From: a virus
Length of the DNA: 64,000 nt
IMG/VR virus record: IMGVR_UViG_3300006736_003672
Location: 11,876-75,875 of that record
Direction: 5' to 3' (one strand)
In this document: piece after piece, positions 1 to 9,654 of the stretch
Position numbering within the stretch: position 1 is the first letter of the stretch
How the letters are laid out: each line of letters opens with the position of its first letter
Program-made: the position numbers and the translations under genes
Notes under the pieces: model-generated
Databases searched by the model: none
What the model was told of the DNA's origin: nothing
Seen by the model: only the letters and a program-made list of their open reading frames with translations

Positions 1-1
1 T

Positions 2-169
2 TCTAGAATAGTCGTAGAAGCAAGAATGATGAACGTTTCAGTAATAACAAATAGTCTGGTTGGAGCGTCCTTTGAGCCATGGTTTGAATTAAAAGGCAAA
101 GAATTAATTGATATAATGCTATTGAAGCGTGACAAAATTGTTAATAACATTATTAAGATTTTAAAATGA
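2..169 (+). CDS. 3' end of a probable glycosyltransferase (GT-B fold), truncated by the window start
   Basis: Frame 2 reads SRIVVEARMMNVSVITNSLVGASFEPWF...KILK*, similar to the GT-B 'xxEAxxxGxPVIxx' segment. Its TGA overlaps the ATG of the next gene (ATGA, 166-169). Confidence 0.55.
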   Translation, partial: SRIVVEARMMNVSVITNSLVGASFEPWFELKGKELIDIMLLKRDKIVNNIIKILK

Positions 170-1092
170 AGATTTATATAGAAAAATCTAAAATTAATGG
201 CGCCTGGATATGGATTAACAAAGGTTATAAATCTGCTTGGAACAACGAAGGTTTCGATGTTAAAGAATATACCAATATAGAAGAAATTAACGAACCAAAT
301 GGTTCGTATGATATCATGTCTTCTGACTGGCATATAAAGACACAGAATGCAGTAGATGTTCTTGCTAAATCTAGACGTGCTTATTTGTTTGCACAGCCGA
401 ATAATTTTCCGGGGCCATGGAACCGACACCCAAATTTCACGAGTGTCATATCAGGTGAACACACTGCGCAGATTAATGAATCTGAAAACATATATTTGTG
501 GTCATGGGCAGAAGTTGACAATGAGTTAGGAAGAGATGTTTTTTCTAAATGGAAAGAGATTAATGTAGTCCCATTGGCGTTTGATTCAGTTAATTATTCT
601 GAAATGTCAGACAAAAGATATGAATATGATGTTTGTTTTATTGGAGGATGGGCAAATAACGGATTTGACGAAAAACGTAAACTTATGTTAGAATATTTTC
701 GCCCTTTTATGAAGTCTGGTTTAAAGTGTGGAATATTTGTTGGTAAAAACTTAACACACGAACAAGAGAATTTAGTGTTATGTAACAGTAAAGTTTCTAT
801 CAATGTACATGACGCGCACCATCATCATACGCACTTTGACACTAATGAAAGGACATTCAAGTCGCTAGCATTAACTGGTCTTCTTGTTAGTGATGCCGGC
901 GGCCAAAGGCAAATGAAGAAATATTTTGCAAATGTTCCCTTGTGTAAAAACCCAGAAGAAATGTTTGACGTTGTAGAAAGATATGTTAATATGCCAGAAG
1001 AAGAATTAAAACCAATGAAAGAAAAAAATAGAAAAGAAATAAAACAAAATCACACATACATTAATCGTGTTAGGCAGATGGCAAAACTATGA
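166..1092 (+). CDS. Glycosyltransferase, CgeB/GT-B-like
   Basis: YDVCFIGG, SKVSINVH, NERTFKSLA and terminal HTYINRV are typical of CgeB-like glycosyltransferase C-terminal domains. Confidence 0.7.
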   Translation: MKIYIEKSKINGAWIWINKGYKSAWNNEGFDVKEYTNIEEINEPNGSYDIMSSDWHIKTQNAVDVLAKSRRAYLFAQPNNFPGPWNRHPNFTSVISGEHTAQINESENIYLWSWAEVDNELGRDVFSKWKEINVVPLAFDSVNYSEMSDKRYEYDVCFIGGWANNGFDEKRKLMLEYFRPFMKSGLKCGIFVGKNLTHEQENLVLCNSKVSINVHDAHHHHTHFDTNERTFKSLALTGLLVSDAGGQRQMKKYFANVPLCKNPEEMFDVVERYVNMPEEELKPMKEKNRKEIKQNHTYINRVRQMAKL

Positions 1093-1823
1093 AAATTAGT
1101 GTAATAATACCGTGTTATAATGCCGAAAGGTGGATTGAAAAATGTGTTTTATCTGCAATAAATCAAGATTATGAAAATAAAGAAATTATAGTTGTTGACA
1201 ACGAAAGTACAGATAATAGTTTAAATCTTATTAAAAATTTAAAAGAGAAACATAATGATTTAATTGTAAGTTCCGCAGAAAATATTTATAAGTACTCATG
1301 GACAGAGCCAGTAGACGAAGGTCTTAGATTATCTTCTGGCGATTATATAACAATTGTTGGAGCAGACGATTTCTTAGACGCAACATATTTGTCTAATGTT
1401 ATGAAATGTATAATGCTAGATCCGAAAAAAATATTAGCATTTCAAAGCCCAATTAGATCTGTCAACGGGGCAGAAGAAACATATGCTGGCGATATAGGTC
1501 ACAGCTATAAGAGTTTGGATGACTTTAAAAATCAACTTTTCGAAAAATGCCCCGTTACAACTCCGAGTGTTTTTTATAGTAAAAAAATACATGAAAATGG
1601 GTTGTTAACGTGGAACTCTGAAAAATATTTAGGAGCGTCAGATTATGATCTATATTTTAGATTAGCAGACAACAATATATTTATATATCCAGCTCCTAAG
1701 TGGCTTGGATATTATTATAGATGGCACGACAAACAAGCTACTTGGGGGATGCACTCTGAAAAAGTCAGTTATGACAATATTATAAAAAAACACTGGAAAG
1801 AAAAATGGGACAAGTCAGAGTAG
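1089..1823 (+). CDS. GT2-family glycosyltransferase
   Basis: ISVIIPCYNAE, IIVVDNESTD, GADD (DxD-like) and SDYDL motifs. Confidence 0.9.
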   Translation: MKISVIIPCYNAERWIEKCVLSAINQDYENKEIIVVDNESTDNSLNLIKNLKEKHNDLIVSSAENIYKYSWTEPVDEGLRLSSGDYITIVGADDFLDATYLSNVMKCIMLDPKKILAFQSPIRSVNGAEETYAGDIGHSYKSLDDFKNQLFEKCPVTTPSVFYSKKIHENGLLTWNSEKYLGASDYDLYFRLADNNIFIYPAPKWLGYYYRWHDKQATWGMHSEKVSYDNIIKKHWKEKWDKSE

Positions 1824-3604
1824 CAGATTATATAGTTGATAGAATTAGTCAACTAGGAGTAAAAGATATTTTCACCCTTACTGGTGGAGGAGCCATGTTT
1901 TTAAATGATGCTGTAGGAAAACATCCAAATATTCGTGCTGTATTTAACCATCACGAACAAGCGTGTGCCATGGCAGCAGTTGGATATGCTAAATACAATA
2001 ATGATTTTGCCGTTGTGATGCCTACAACGGGATGTGGGTGCACTAATACTATTACTGGATTATTAGAGGCGTGGCAAGACAATGTAAAGTGCTTGTTTAT
2101 TTCAGGCCAAGTTAATAAATCTCAAACAACGTATAATTGTGATTTACCACTCAGGCAGATAGGAGTGCAAGAAGCAAATGTTATTGAGATGGTTAAATCT
2201 ATAACAAAATATTCTGTCATGATTAATGATCCAGAACAAATAGCTTATCACCTTGATAAGGCAATATATTTAGCAGAGTCTGGTAGACCAGGGCCAGTTT
2301 GGCTAGACATTCCATTGGATGTACAGGGTGCCTATATAGACCCTCTAGAGGTTAGAAGGTTCGAACCTGAAGAAGAAAATACTTTCAAAGAAACCCCACT
2401 GAAAGAAGAATATGAAATTTTAGAAGATTACTTCAACGAGGCAAAAAGACCGGTGTTGCTGGTTGGCAACGGCGTAAGGATGGCTTCTGCTATAAATGAG
2501 CTTAAGCATTTTGTTGAAAAATTTAATATCCCTACGGTCACAACTTTTCTAGGAATAGATTTGTTGCCTAGTCACCACCCATTAAACATAGGGCGCATTG
2601 GAATCAAGGGAAACCGAGCCGCAAATTTTGCAGTTCAGAATTCTGATTTATTGTTGACAGTTGGAACCAGATTGGGAGTTCCAGTTGTTGGGTATAAGTA
2701 TGAATTGTTTGCGAGAGAGGCAAAAATAGTTGTTGTTGACATTGATCCTGAAGAGCATAAAAAAGATACCATTAAAATAGATTATTTTATTAATGCAGAT
2801 GCAAAATTATTTTTAGAGGGATGCAATTTCGAAAAACAATTTGATCAAACTTGGGCAAACACGTGTTTGGGATGGAAAAACAAGTGGAGAATTTGTCAGC
2901 CTGATTGGGAAGAAGACCGAGAAGGGATAAATCTTTATTATTTTACTGATAAGCTTTCGAAAAACAATAAAAGAGACTCTGTCGTTGTTTCTGATGCTGG
3001 TTCTTCCTATTATGTAACGTCACAATTTTTAGACATATCACATGAGCAGAGACATATTACATCTGGTGCCCAAGCAGACATGGGCTTTACTATTCCTGCC
3101 GCCATAGGAGTCAGCGTAGCAAAAAACAATGGTGATGTAATAGGTATTACAGGAGATGGGTCTTTTCAAACAAACATACAAGAACTACAAACAATTGTAC
3201 AATACCAATTGCCAATCAAATTATTTGTTTGGAATAATCATGGTTATTTATCAATTAGAACCACACAAAAGAAATTTTTTAAAAACGATTTTGTAGGAGT
3301 TGATAATGAAAGTGGAATTTCTTTTCCAAATACAGAAAAAATTGCCAATGCTTATGGAATCAAATATTTCAATATTAAAAAATCAAAAGACATAGATAAA
3401 ATTTTAAAAGAAGTCATTGATTACAGTGGTCCAGTTATATGTGAGGTTATGTGTCAGAAGTGGCAAGAAATAGTGCCCACTTTAGTTTCAACTAAGACAA
3501 AAGATGGTCGTGTTGTATCTAGGCCTTTTGAAGACATGTATCCTATTTTATCAAGAGAAGAGTTTTATGAGAATATGATTGTTAAACCGATTGAATATGA
3601 TTAA
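1805..3604 (+). CDS. ThDP-dependent enzyme, acetolactate-synthase/YerE-like
   Basis: HHEQACAMAA (catalytic Glu), SGRPGPVWLDIPLDVQ and the ThDP motif GDGSFQ...NNHGY. It lies in a sugar cluster near RfbH. Confidence 0.88.
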   Translation: MGQVRVADYIVDRISQLGVKDIFTLTGGGAMFLNDAVGKHPNIRAVFNHHEQACAMAAVGYAKYNNDFAVVMPTTGCGCTNTITGLLEAWQDNVKCLFISGQVNKSQTTYNCDLPLRQIGVQEANVIEMVKSITKYSVMINDPEQIAYHLDKAIYLAESGRPGPVWLDIPLDVQGAYIDPLEVRRFEPEEENTFKETPLKEEYEILEDYFNEAKRPVLLVGNGVRMASAINELKHFVEKFNIPTVTTFLGIDLLPSHHPLNIGRIGIKGNRAANFAVQNSDLLLTVGTRLGVPVVGYKYELFAREAKIVVVDIDPEEHKKDTIKIDYFINADAKLFLEGCNFEKQFDQTWANTCLGWKNKWRICQPDWEEDREGINLYYFTDKLSKNNKRDSVVVSDAGSSYYVTSQFLDISHEQRHITSGAQADMGFTIPAAIGVSVAKNNGDVIGITGDGSFQTNIQELQTIVQYQLPIKLFVWNNHGYLSIRTTQKKFFKNDFVGVDNESGISFPNTEKIANAYGIKYFNIKKSKDIDKILKEVIDYSGPVICEVMCQKWQEIVPTLVSTKTKDGRVVSRPFEDMYPILSREEFYENMIVKPIEYD

Positions 3605-3632
3605 AAAAAATCTTAATAAAAAAATAATTTTG

Positions 3633-3641
3633 TGTTATTAT
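3633..3641 (+). promoter_or_regulatory. Possible extended -10 promoter upstream of panB
   Basis: TGTTATTAT (TGn-TATTAT) in an AT-rich gap; GGAGG Shine-Dalgarno at 3664-3668. Confidence 0.3.
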
Positions 3642-3673
3642 TAAGATTGAACAACCACAACTCGGAGGAAAAA

Positions 3674-4597
3674 ATGGCTGCTAATGATAAAAATAAAGTT
3701 ACGATTTTAAAATTAAGAAAACAAAAAAGGGAAGGGCAAAAAACTGTTTTGGCCACATCGTATGATTACCCGCAAGCGGTAATTACAGATGGCGCAGGAG
3801 TTGATGCTATTCTTGTGGGAGATTCTTTGGGAATGACAACTTTGGGTCACAAAACCACAATTCCTGTAACAATGGATGATATGGTTTTACACTGTGAAGC
3901 TGTTTCGAGAGGAGCAAAAAATGCTTTTCTTATTGGAGATATGCCCTATATGTCTTATCAAGTGTCTAACGAAGAAGCAGTTTACAACGCAGGAAGATTT
4001 ATAAGGTCTGGCATGGATTGTGTTAAAGTAGAAGGAGCAATGACAGACAGAATTAAAGCTATTGCGGAGTCTGGGATATTGGTTATGAGCCATCTTGGCC
4101 TCACTCCTCATACGAGAGCTAAGCTTGGTGGTTATAGAGTGCAAGGTAAAACTGCTGAGCAAGCAGATATTATTTTAGAACAAGCTCTTAAATTACAAGA
4201 AGCTGGTTGCTCGTTCTTATTATTAGAAGCGATGCCGAAGGAACCAGCAGAACTAATTGCTAAGGAATTGTCAATACCAGTGTATGGAATCGGCGCCGGC
4301 GACAGAGTCGACGGACAGCTTGTTATTTTTCATGATTTAATGGGCCTGTTTTGGGAATTTAAATCCAAGTTTGTTAAAAGGTATTGCGAAGCTGGCCAAA
4401 TTATGCAAAAGGCAATGATAGAATACGCGGATGAAGTTAGAAATGGTGTCTTTCCGTCCGAAGAGAATTTTTATGAAATTAAAGATGAAGAACTTGAAAA
4501 ACTTCTTTCTGATAGCAAATGGAAATATGAAACAGATCAAGGATTCCCTACTAATCACTGTTTAACGCCAAACACGGTTACAAGAAAAAATAAATAG
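3674..4597 (+). CDS. panB: 3-methyl-2-oxobutanoate (ketopantoate) hydroxymethyltransferase
   Basis: LVGDSLGM, GDMPYMSY, VKVEG, HLGLTP, GIGAG and DGQLVIFHDLMG signatures. Start moved to ATG 3674, which follows GGAGG. Confidence 0.93.
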   Translation: MAANDKNKVTILKLRKQKREGQKTVLATSYDYPQAVITDGAGVDAILVGDSLGMTTLGHKTTIPVTMDDMVLHCEAVSRGAKNAFLIGDMPYMSYQVSNEEAVYNAGRFIRSGMDCVKVEGAMTDRIKAIAESGILVMSHLGLTPHTRAKLGGYRVQGKTAEQADIILEQALKLQEAGCSFLLLEAMPKEPAELIAKELSIPVYGIGAGDRVDGQLVIFHDLMGLFWEFKSKFVKRYCEAGQIMQKAMIEYADEVRNGVFPSEENFYEIKDEELEKLLSDSKWKYETDQGFPTNHCLTPNTVTRKNK

Positions 4598-5449
4598 GTG
4601 AAGATATTAGTAACAGGGTGTAGTGGCTTTATTAGCCGCGAATTCGTTTCATATTTTAAAAACATAAATCATGCAATATATCTAACAAATAGAAATAATT
4701 TAAATGTTCTTAATGAGCAAGAAGTTGATAATTTCTTTAAAGATAATAAAATTGATGTAGTTGTTCATTCTGCCGCCAAAGGAGGTCGAAGAACATGTAA
4801 AGAATCTTATGAAGATTTTTTATGCAATATGAGAATGTATGATAACCTAAGCAAACATGCAGATGAGTTTAAGATGATGTTTCATTTTGGATCTGGCGCG
4901 GAGTTTGATAGACGAACGGACATAGATGATGTTAAAGAAGAAGAAATATATGATTCCTTTCCTGTTGATTTTTATGGTTTCTCAAAAAAGATGATCGCGA
5001 AAAAAATTAAGAAACATAGTGACAATATTATAAATTTGAGATTGTTTGGATGTTTTGGAATTCAGGAAAATGAAGATCGAATGATCAAGTCCAATATAAA
5101 AAGATATGTGAACAATGAACCTATCATTATACACAAAAATAAAAAGATGGATTTTTTCTTCGCGGAAGATCTGTGTAGAGTAATAGAGTTTTATTTGCAA
5201 AATTGGAACCCGGGCACACCGCGAGATGTTAATATGGTGTATCCCCAAAAAGAAACTTTAAAGGACATAGCCAACATGATAAATTTTCTATCAGAGAACA
5301 AGAGTAAAATTATTGTAGAACAGGATGGCCTTGATAACTCATACTGTGGAAACGGAGAAAAGCTAAATAATTTAAATATTGACCTAGTTGGGCTTAGTTA
5401 TGGACTGCGTAAGTTGTATAGTTCCTTGTTTAACAAAAAGAGATTCTAG
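4598..5449 (+). CDS. NAD-dependent sugar epimerase/dehydratase/reductase (extended SDR)
   Basis: ILVTGCSGFI, GSGAEF and YGFSK (YxxxK) motifs. Confidence 0.85.
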   Translation: MKILVTGCSGFISREFVSYFKNINHAIYLTNRNNLNVLNEQEVDNFFKDNKIDVVVHSAAKGGRRTCKESYEDFLCNMRMYDNLSKHADEFKMMFHFGSGAEFDRRTDIDDVKEEEIYDSFPVDFYGFSKKMIAKKIKKHSDNIINLRLFGCFGIQENEDRMIKSNIKRYVNNEPIIIHKNKKMDFFFAEDLCRVIEFYLQNWNPGTPRDVNMVYPQKETLKDIANMINFLSENKSKIIVEQDGLDNSYCGNGEKLNNLNIDLVGLSYGLRKLYSSLFNKKRF

Positions 5450-5466
5450 TGTTATGATTGTGGAAC

Positions 5467-6429
5467 ATGCATGATGTTGTAATATTTATTATGAGTTCTG
5501 GACCAAATGTTGGTTTGAGCGGTAAGGCAAATTTGACTGAAACTGTGTATTCCATTTCTAAAAACATTGGAGATGTCGATTACAAATATTATATTGTGAC
5601 AGATTCTCGTTCACAAGAAAAATTTGCTCATGAATTGTTTTCTCACGAATCTCTCAAACATGTAGTAAAACCAGAATCTTTATTAGAGGTGAAATATTCA
5701 GAAGATTCATGGGCAAGGGAATTTAATTTGTTTTTTGATAACCACAAAGACAATACTAAATATGTTTTATTTTCACATGATGATTTGATAGTTAAGACTC
5801 CTGATTTTTTTACAAAGACTCTCGAAGAAATTAAAGATGCTAAAGATCCAATTGGGTGGATATCTTTTACAAATGATAGATATTATAAGTTCGATAAAAA
5901 TCCAGTAGCTAATTCTTTTAAGGATCCTTTTTGCCTAGACAGACACAACGATCCTAGAATTTACGAATGTCATAATTTTGAGCCTGATGAGAAAGTTACA
6001 GAACAAAATTATGATAAACTAGATTTTCCGAATAGAGCAGTTAAATGTCATGGGCCTTATGCTCATTTAAACTTGGTAAGCTCCGAAGCTCTTGAGAAAA
6101 TAGGACCATGTGTTGAGTGGACAGATTATACAATTTTAATTGATAATGACTGGGCTCTAGAATCTCTTAAATCAGGGTTCTTCAATGTTTGGATACCAGA
6201 TGTTTTATATACACACCCAAATCCAAAATACCCGAGAACGCCTGGCACTGATTTGAGATTTGAAAGAGAGGCACATGAGAAATTTTATAAAAAATGGGGG
6301 TTCCCATTGTGGGAAATGCCCCTTAGTGACGATGTTATTGTTTACATTAGGCAGAAATTTAAAGATACCAATATACCATTGTCATCTTATAGGAATTCTT
6401 ATGATTGGGATTATTTAAAAGATGAATGA
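5467..6429 (+). CDS. Putative GT-A fold glycosyltransferase
   Basis: LFSHDD (DxD-like), IDNDWAL, a C-terminal HP motif and FYKKWG, as in divergent GT2 proteins. ATG 5467 preferred as start. Confidence 0.6.
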   Translation: MHDVVIFIMSSGPNVGLSGKANLTETVYSISKNIGDVDYKYYIVTDSRSQEKFAHELFSHESLKHVVKPESLLEVKYSEDSWAREFNLFFDNHKDNTKYVLFSHDDLIVKTPDFFTKTLEEIKDAKDPIGWISFTNDRYYKFDKNPVANSFKDPFCLDRHNDPRIYECHNFEPDEKVTEQNYDKLDFPNRAVKCHGPYAHLNLVSSEALEKIGPCVEWTDYTILIDNDWALESLKSGFFNVWIPDVLYTHPNPKYPRTPGTDLRFEREAHEKFYKKWGFPLWEMPLSDDVIVYIRQKFKDTNIPLSSYRNSYDWDYLKDE

Positions 6430-7771
6430 GTTAGATCAGATACTAAAGCCACTTTCCGAATATATAGAAAATAAAAAAAGAAGAGAAACGGTGTGGCACC
6501 CGGGAAAAGATTGGGTTTCATATTCAGGAGATGTGTTTTCAAAAGACGAATATCTTGCTGCAATTAAGTCTTTGATTGATGGGTGGTTGGTGTTTGGAAA
6601 AAAGAGTCGACAATTTGAAATAGAATTCGCGCCACACTTAGGAATGGATAAGGGAATATTAACAAATTCTGGATCTTCTGCCAATTTGTTAATGGTGTCC
6701 GCGCTCAAATCTAAAAATCTTTATAATTTTCCTGTGGGTACAAAAATTATTACTCCAATTGTGTGTTTTCCAACAACGGTAAATCCAATACTTCAGTGTG
6801 GCTTTGTTCCTGTTTTTGTTGACTCCACGTTGCCTGATTTAAATTTAGATCTGGGTCAGGTTGAAAAAATATTAGAAGAAGATACAAATAGAGAGATTAA
6901 GGCTATAATGTTCGCTCACGCCCTCGGAAATCCCCCAAATATGGATAAAGTTATGGAACTGGTACAAAGGTATGATCTGATTCTATTAGAAGACGCATGC
7001 GATGCTTTAGGATCAACTTACGATGGAAAGAAACTGGGCTCTTTTGGAGATATGTCATCTTGTTCTTTTTACCCTGCACATCACATGACGCTTGGTGAAG
7101 GAGGTTTCGTAGCCACAAATAAGGCAAGGAATCATAAAGTTTTATTAAGTTTACGTGACTGGGGAAGAGCTTGTTTTTGCAATACTAAAAAGCCTGGAGA
7201 TGTGACGGGAGAAACTGCATGCGGTAATAGATTTAGAAAGTGGCTTCCCAAAAATAAAGATTTAATCTACGATCATCGATATGTGTATAATGAGATAGGT
7301 TTTAATTTGAGGCCATTAGAATTGCAAGCTGCGATTGGTTTAGAACAACTTAAGAAAGTAGAAAGTTTCCACTCTTCTCGTATTAAAAACTTTAATTATC
7401 TTTTAGATGTTTTCAAACCATACAAAAAATACTTTCACCTTCCAAGACCGACAGAAAAATCGAACCCTTCATGGTTTGCTTTTCTGTTAACTATCAGAGA
7501 TAGCGCTTCTTTTAGCAGAGTTGACTTTATAAAACATTTGGAAGATGCTAAAATACAAACTAGAAATTATTTTTCAGGCAACCTGTTATATCATCCTGCT
7601 TATTCGGAACTGGCAGAACAATATGAAGATTTAAAGGAAATGTTTCCTGTGGCGCATAAGGCTGCAACTAATTCTTTTTTCCTAGGAACATATCCTGGAC
7701 TAACAAAGGAAAAATTAAGATATATACGTAAAGTTGTAAATGGTTTTTTTAAAGGGAGAATTACAAAATGA
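6422..7771 (+). CDS. rfbH: CDP-4-keto-6-deoxyglucose 3-dehydratase (E1; DegT family)
   Basis: NSGSSANL, EDACDALGS, SFYPAHHMTLGEGG (His in place of the PLP Lys) and the Cys cluster RDWGRACFC...ACG for [2Fe-2S]. Confidence 0.88.
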   Translation: MNELDQILKPLSEYIENKKRRETVWHPGKDWVSYSGDVFSKDEYLAAIKSLIDGWLVFGKKSRQFEIEFAPHLGMDKGILTNSGSSANLLMVSALKSKNLYNFPVGTKIITPIVCFPTTVNPILQCGFVPVFVDSTLPDLNLDLGQVEKILEEDTNREIKAIMFAHALGNPPNMDKVMELVQRYDLILLEDACDALGSTYDGKKLGSFGDMSSCSFYPAHHMTLGEGGFVATNKARNHKVLLSLRDWGRACFCNTKKPGDVTGETACGNRFRKWLPKNKDLIYDHRYVYNEIGFNLRPLELQAAIGLEQLKKVESFHSSRIKNFNYLLDVFKPYKKYFHLPRPTEKSNPSWFAFLLTIRDSASFSRVDFIKHLEDAKIQTRNYFSGNLLYHPAYSELAEQYEDLKEMFPVAHKAATNSFFLGTYPGLTKEKLRYIRKVVNGFFKGRITK

Positions 7772-8715
7772 AAGTTGTTTATATAACAGGTTGTTTAGGG
7801 TTTATGGGTTCTTATGTAACACGCGCATGTTTAAAGAAAGGGTGGCATGTAAGAGGGGTAGATAAGATAACATACGCATCGAATGAAAATTTATTACAAG
7901 AGTTTAAAAAATATGAAAATTTTGTTTTTGAAAAAAAGGATATTAATGATTTAGATTGGTTATATGATTGCGATTATATTATAAATACGGCAGCCGAAAC
8001 TCATGTTGATAATTCAATTGTTAAGAGTGGGGAGTTTGTTCATTCCAATATAAACGGAGTGCATAATTTGTTAGAATTAATTAAAACAAAAAAATATTTT
8101 AGAATGCCTATTTTTCTTCATTTTAGTACGGATGAAGTATATGGAGATATAATTGATGGAGATCACAAAGAAACTGACTTGTTAAAACCAAGTAATCCAT
8201 ATTCGGCCACAAAAGCTGCCGCCGATCAACTAGTTTTGGCTTGGAGCAGGACTTATGATGTACCATATGTCATTGTTAGGCCGACTAATAATTATGGCGT
8301 AGGCCAATACGTAGAAAAGTTAATACCAAAAGCTTGTAAATTTTTATCATTGGGAAAGAAAATTCCTTTGCACGACGGAGGAACGCCTGTTAGAATTTGG
8401 CTACATGCTAAAGATACTGCCTCTGCAATAATGAGAATCATAGAGTCAGGAAAAGTTAATGAAATTTATAATATAGCCGGCGGCTATGAACAAAAAAACC
8501 TTGACACTGTAAAGAAAATCTTAGATTTATATTTTGAAGGGCAAAATATAGATTATAGTGATTATATAGATTTTGATTTTAAAAGAGTGGGTCAAGATTT
8601 AAGGTATTCTGTTGATGATTCTAAATTGCAAAATTTAGGCTGGAAAACTGATTGTAATTTCGATCTAGAATTGCCAGAGATTGTAAAATACTATAAAAAT
8701 AATTTTATTTGGTAA
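7768..8715 (+). CDS. NDP-glucose 4,6-dehydratase (RmlB/RfbB-like)
   Basis: TGCLGFMG, DKITYA, AAETHVDNS, STDEVYG, PYSATKAA and RPTNNYG. Confidence 0.88.
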   Translation: MKVVYITGCLGFMGSYVTRACLKKGWHVRGVDKITYASNENLLQEFKKYENFVFEKKDINDLDWLYDCDYIINTAAETHVDNSIVKSGEFVHSNINGVHNLLELIKTKKYFRMPIFLHFSTDEVYGDIIDGDHKETDLLKPSNPYSATKAAADQLVLAWSRTYDVPYVIVRPTNNYGVGQYVEKLIPKACKFLSLGKKIPLHDGGTPVRIWLHAKDTASAIMRIIESGKVNEIYNIAGGYEQKNLDTVKKILDLYFEGQNIDYSDYIDFDFKRVGQDLRYSVDDSKLQNLGWKTDCNFDLELPEIVKYYKNNFIW

Positions 8716-8718
8716 AAA

Positions 8719-9654
8719 ATGCAAATAGATTTTGAACAAATAATCGATAAACATAAAGGCACCGCCGCCGTCGTGACTGTCCATGGGCCAAGTTTAAACG
8801 AGAATAAAGAAAAGATTAAAGATTTACAAAAGCAAAAAAAAATTATTAGAATTGACTGTAGTGATTGGCTTAATTTTTTTGAAGAACCTCCGGACTATTG
8901 GATAATCGCCAACGGAGAATTGGCCATACAAGATTTGATAAATGATACCGGGATATGGAAACTAAGAAATTACTCAATTGACGTTAACAAATACGAAGAT
9001 GCCACGATATTTTTTGCCGGGTCAGTAGATTTTTCAGATAGAGATTTTGTATCTGAAAACTTAAAACCTGATTATTTAATTTATGATCAGCGACATTTCA
9101 AGCATCACAAATGCCTAGATATTTTAAAAAATTTCCAGCGGCATTACAAAGAAAAACAAGAATTTAATTTTACTGAATATGGAAACAACTCTTCAATGTG
9201 GATGCCGCCAAGATATAAAGGTGGAGCCGGATTTTCAGGAGCGCTTCCACACGGCCCCACTGGGGGAGGGAAATGTTGTAACTGGATTAATCCAAATGTA
9301 GCAACGGTGCAGGAAAAGCTTCAAGAAGTTTCTGGATATTCAGAACATTATAGTACCGGTGACACTGTTGCAGTTCATATGATAGCGTTTGCCATAATTA
9401 TGGGCTGCAATCCAGTTTACATTTCTGGATTAGATTTAGATTATAAATTAGGATTTGCTAATAAAAATGTATATTTGCCACAAGACAATGATGATTGGCA
9501 GAAATTAAGTAATAATTTAAAAAATGATTTAAAAGTCCTTAATGAGAGTGCAAAAATTCGTGGCATACAAATTGTTAACTTACATAAAGATCCGTGGTAT
9601 AATGAGTTTGAAAAAGGCGCCTTAAAAATACATCTAGGAGAGGATAATGAATAA
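8719..9654 (+). CDS. Maf/DUF115 (GT42-like fold) putative nonulosonate transferase
   Basis: VTVHGPSL (cf. GxGPSL) and TVAVHMIAFAIIMGCNPVYISGLDL (cf. AxxMGxxxIYLxGxD). Lies directly upstream of neuB/neuA. Confidence 0.6.
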   Translation: MQIDFEQIIDKHKGTAAVVTVHGPSLNENKEKIKDLQKQKKIIRIDCSDWLNFFEEPPDYWIIANGELAIQDLINDTGIWKLRNYSIDVNKYEDATIFFAGSVDFSDRDFVSENLKPDYLIYDQRHFKHHKCLDILKNFQRHYKEKQEFNFTEYGNNSSMWMPPRYKGGAGFSGALPHGPTGGGKCCNWINPNVATVQEKLQEVSGYSEHYSTGDTVAVHMIAFAIIMGCNPVYISGLDLDYKLGFANKNVYLPQDNDDWQKLSNNLKNDLKVLNESAKIRGIQIVNLHKDPWYNEFEKGALKIHLGEDNE

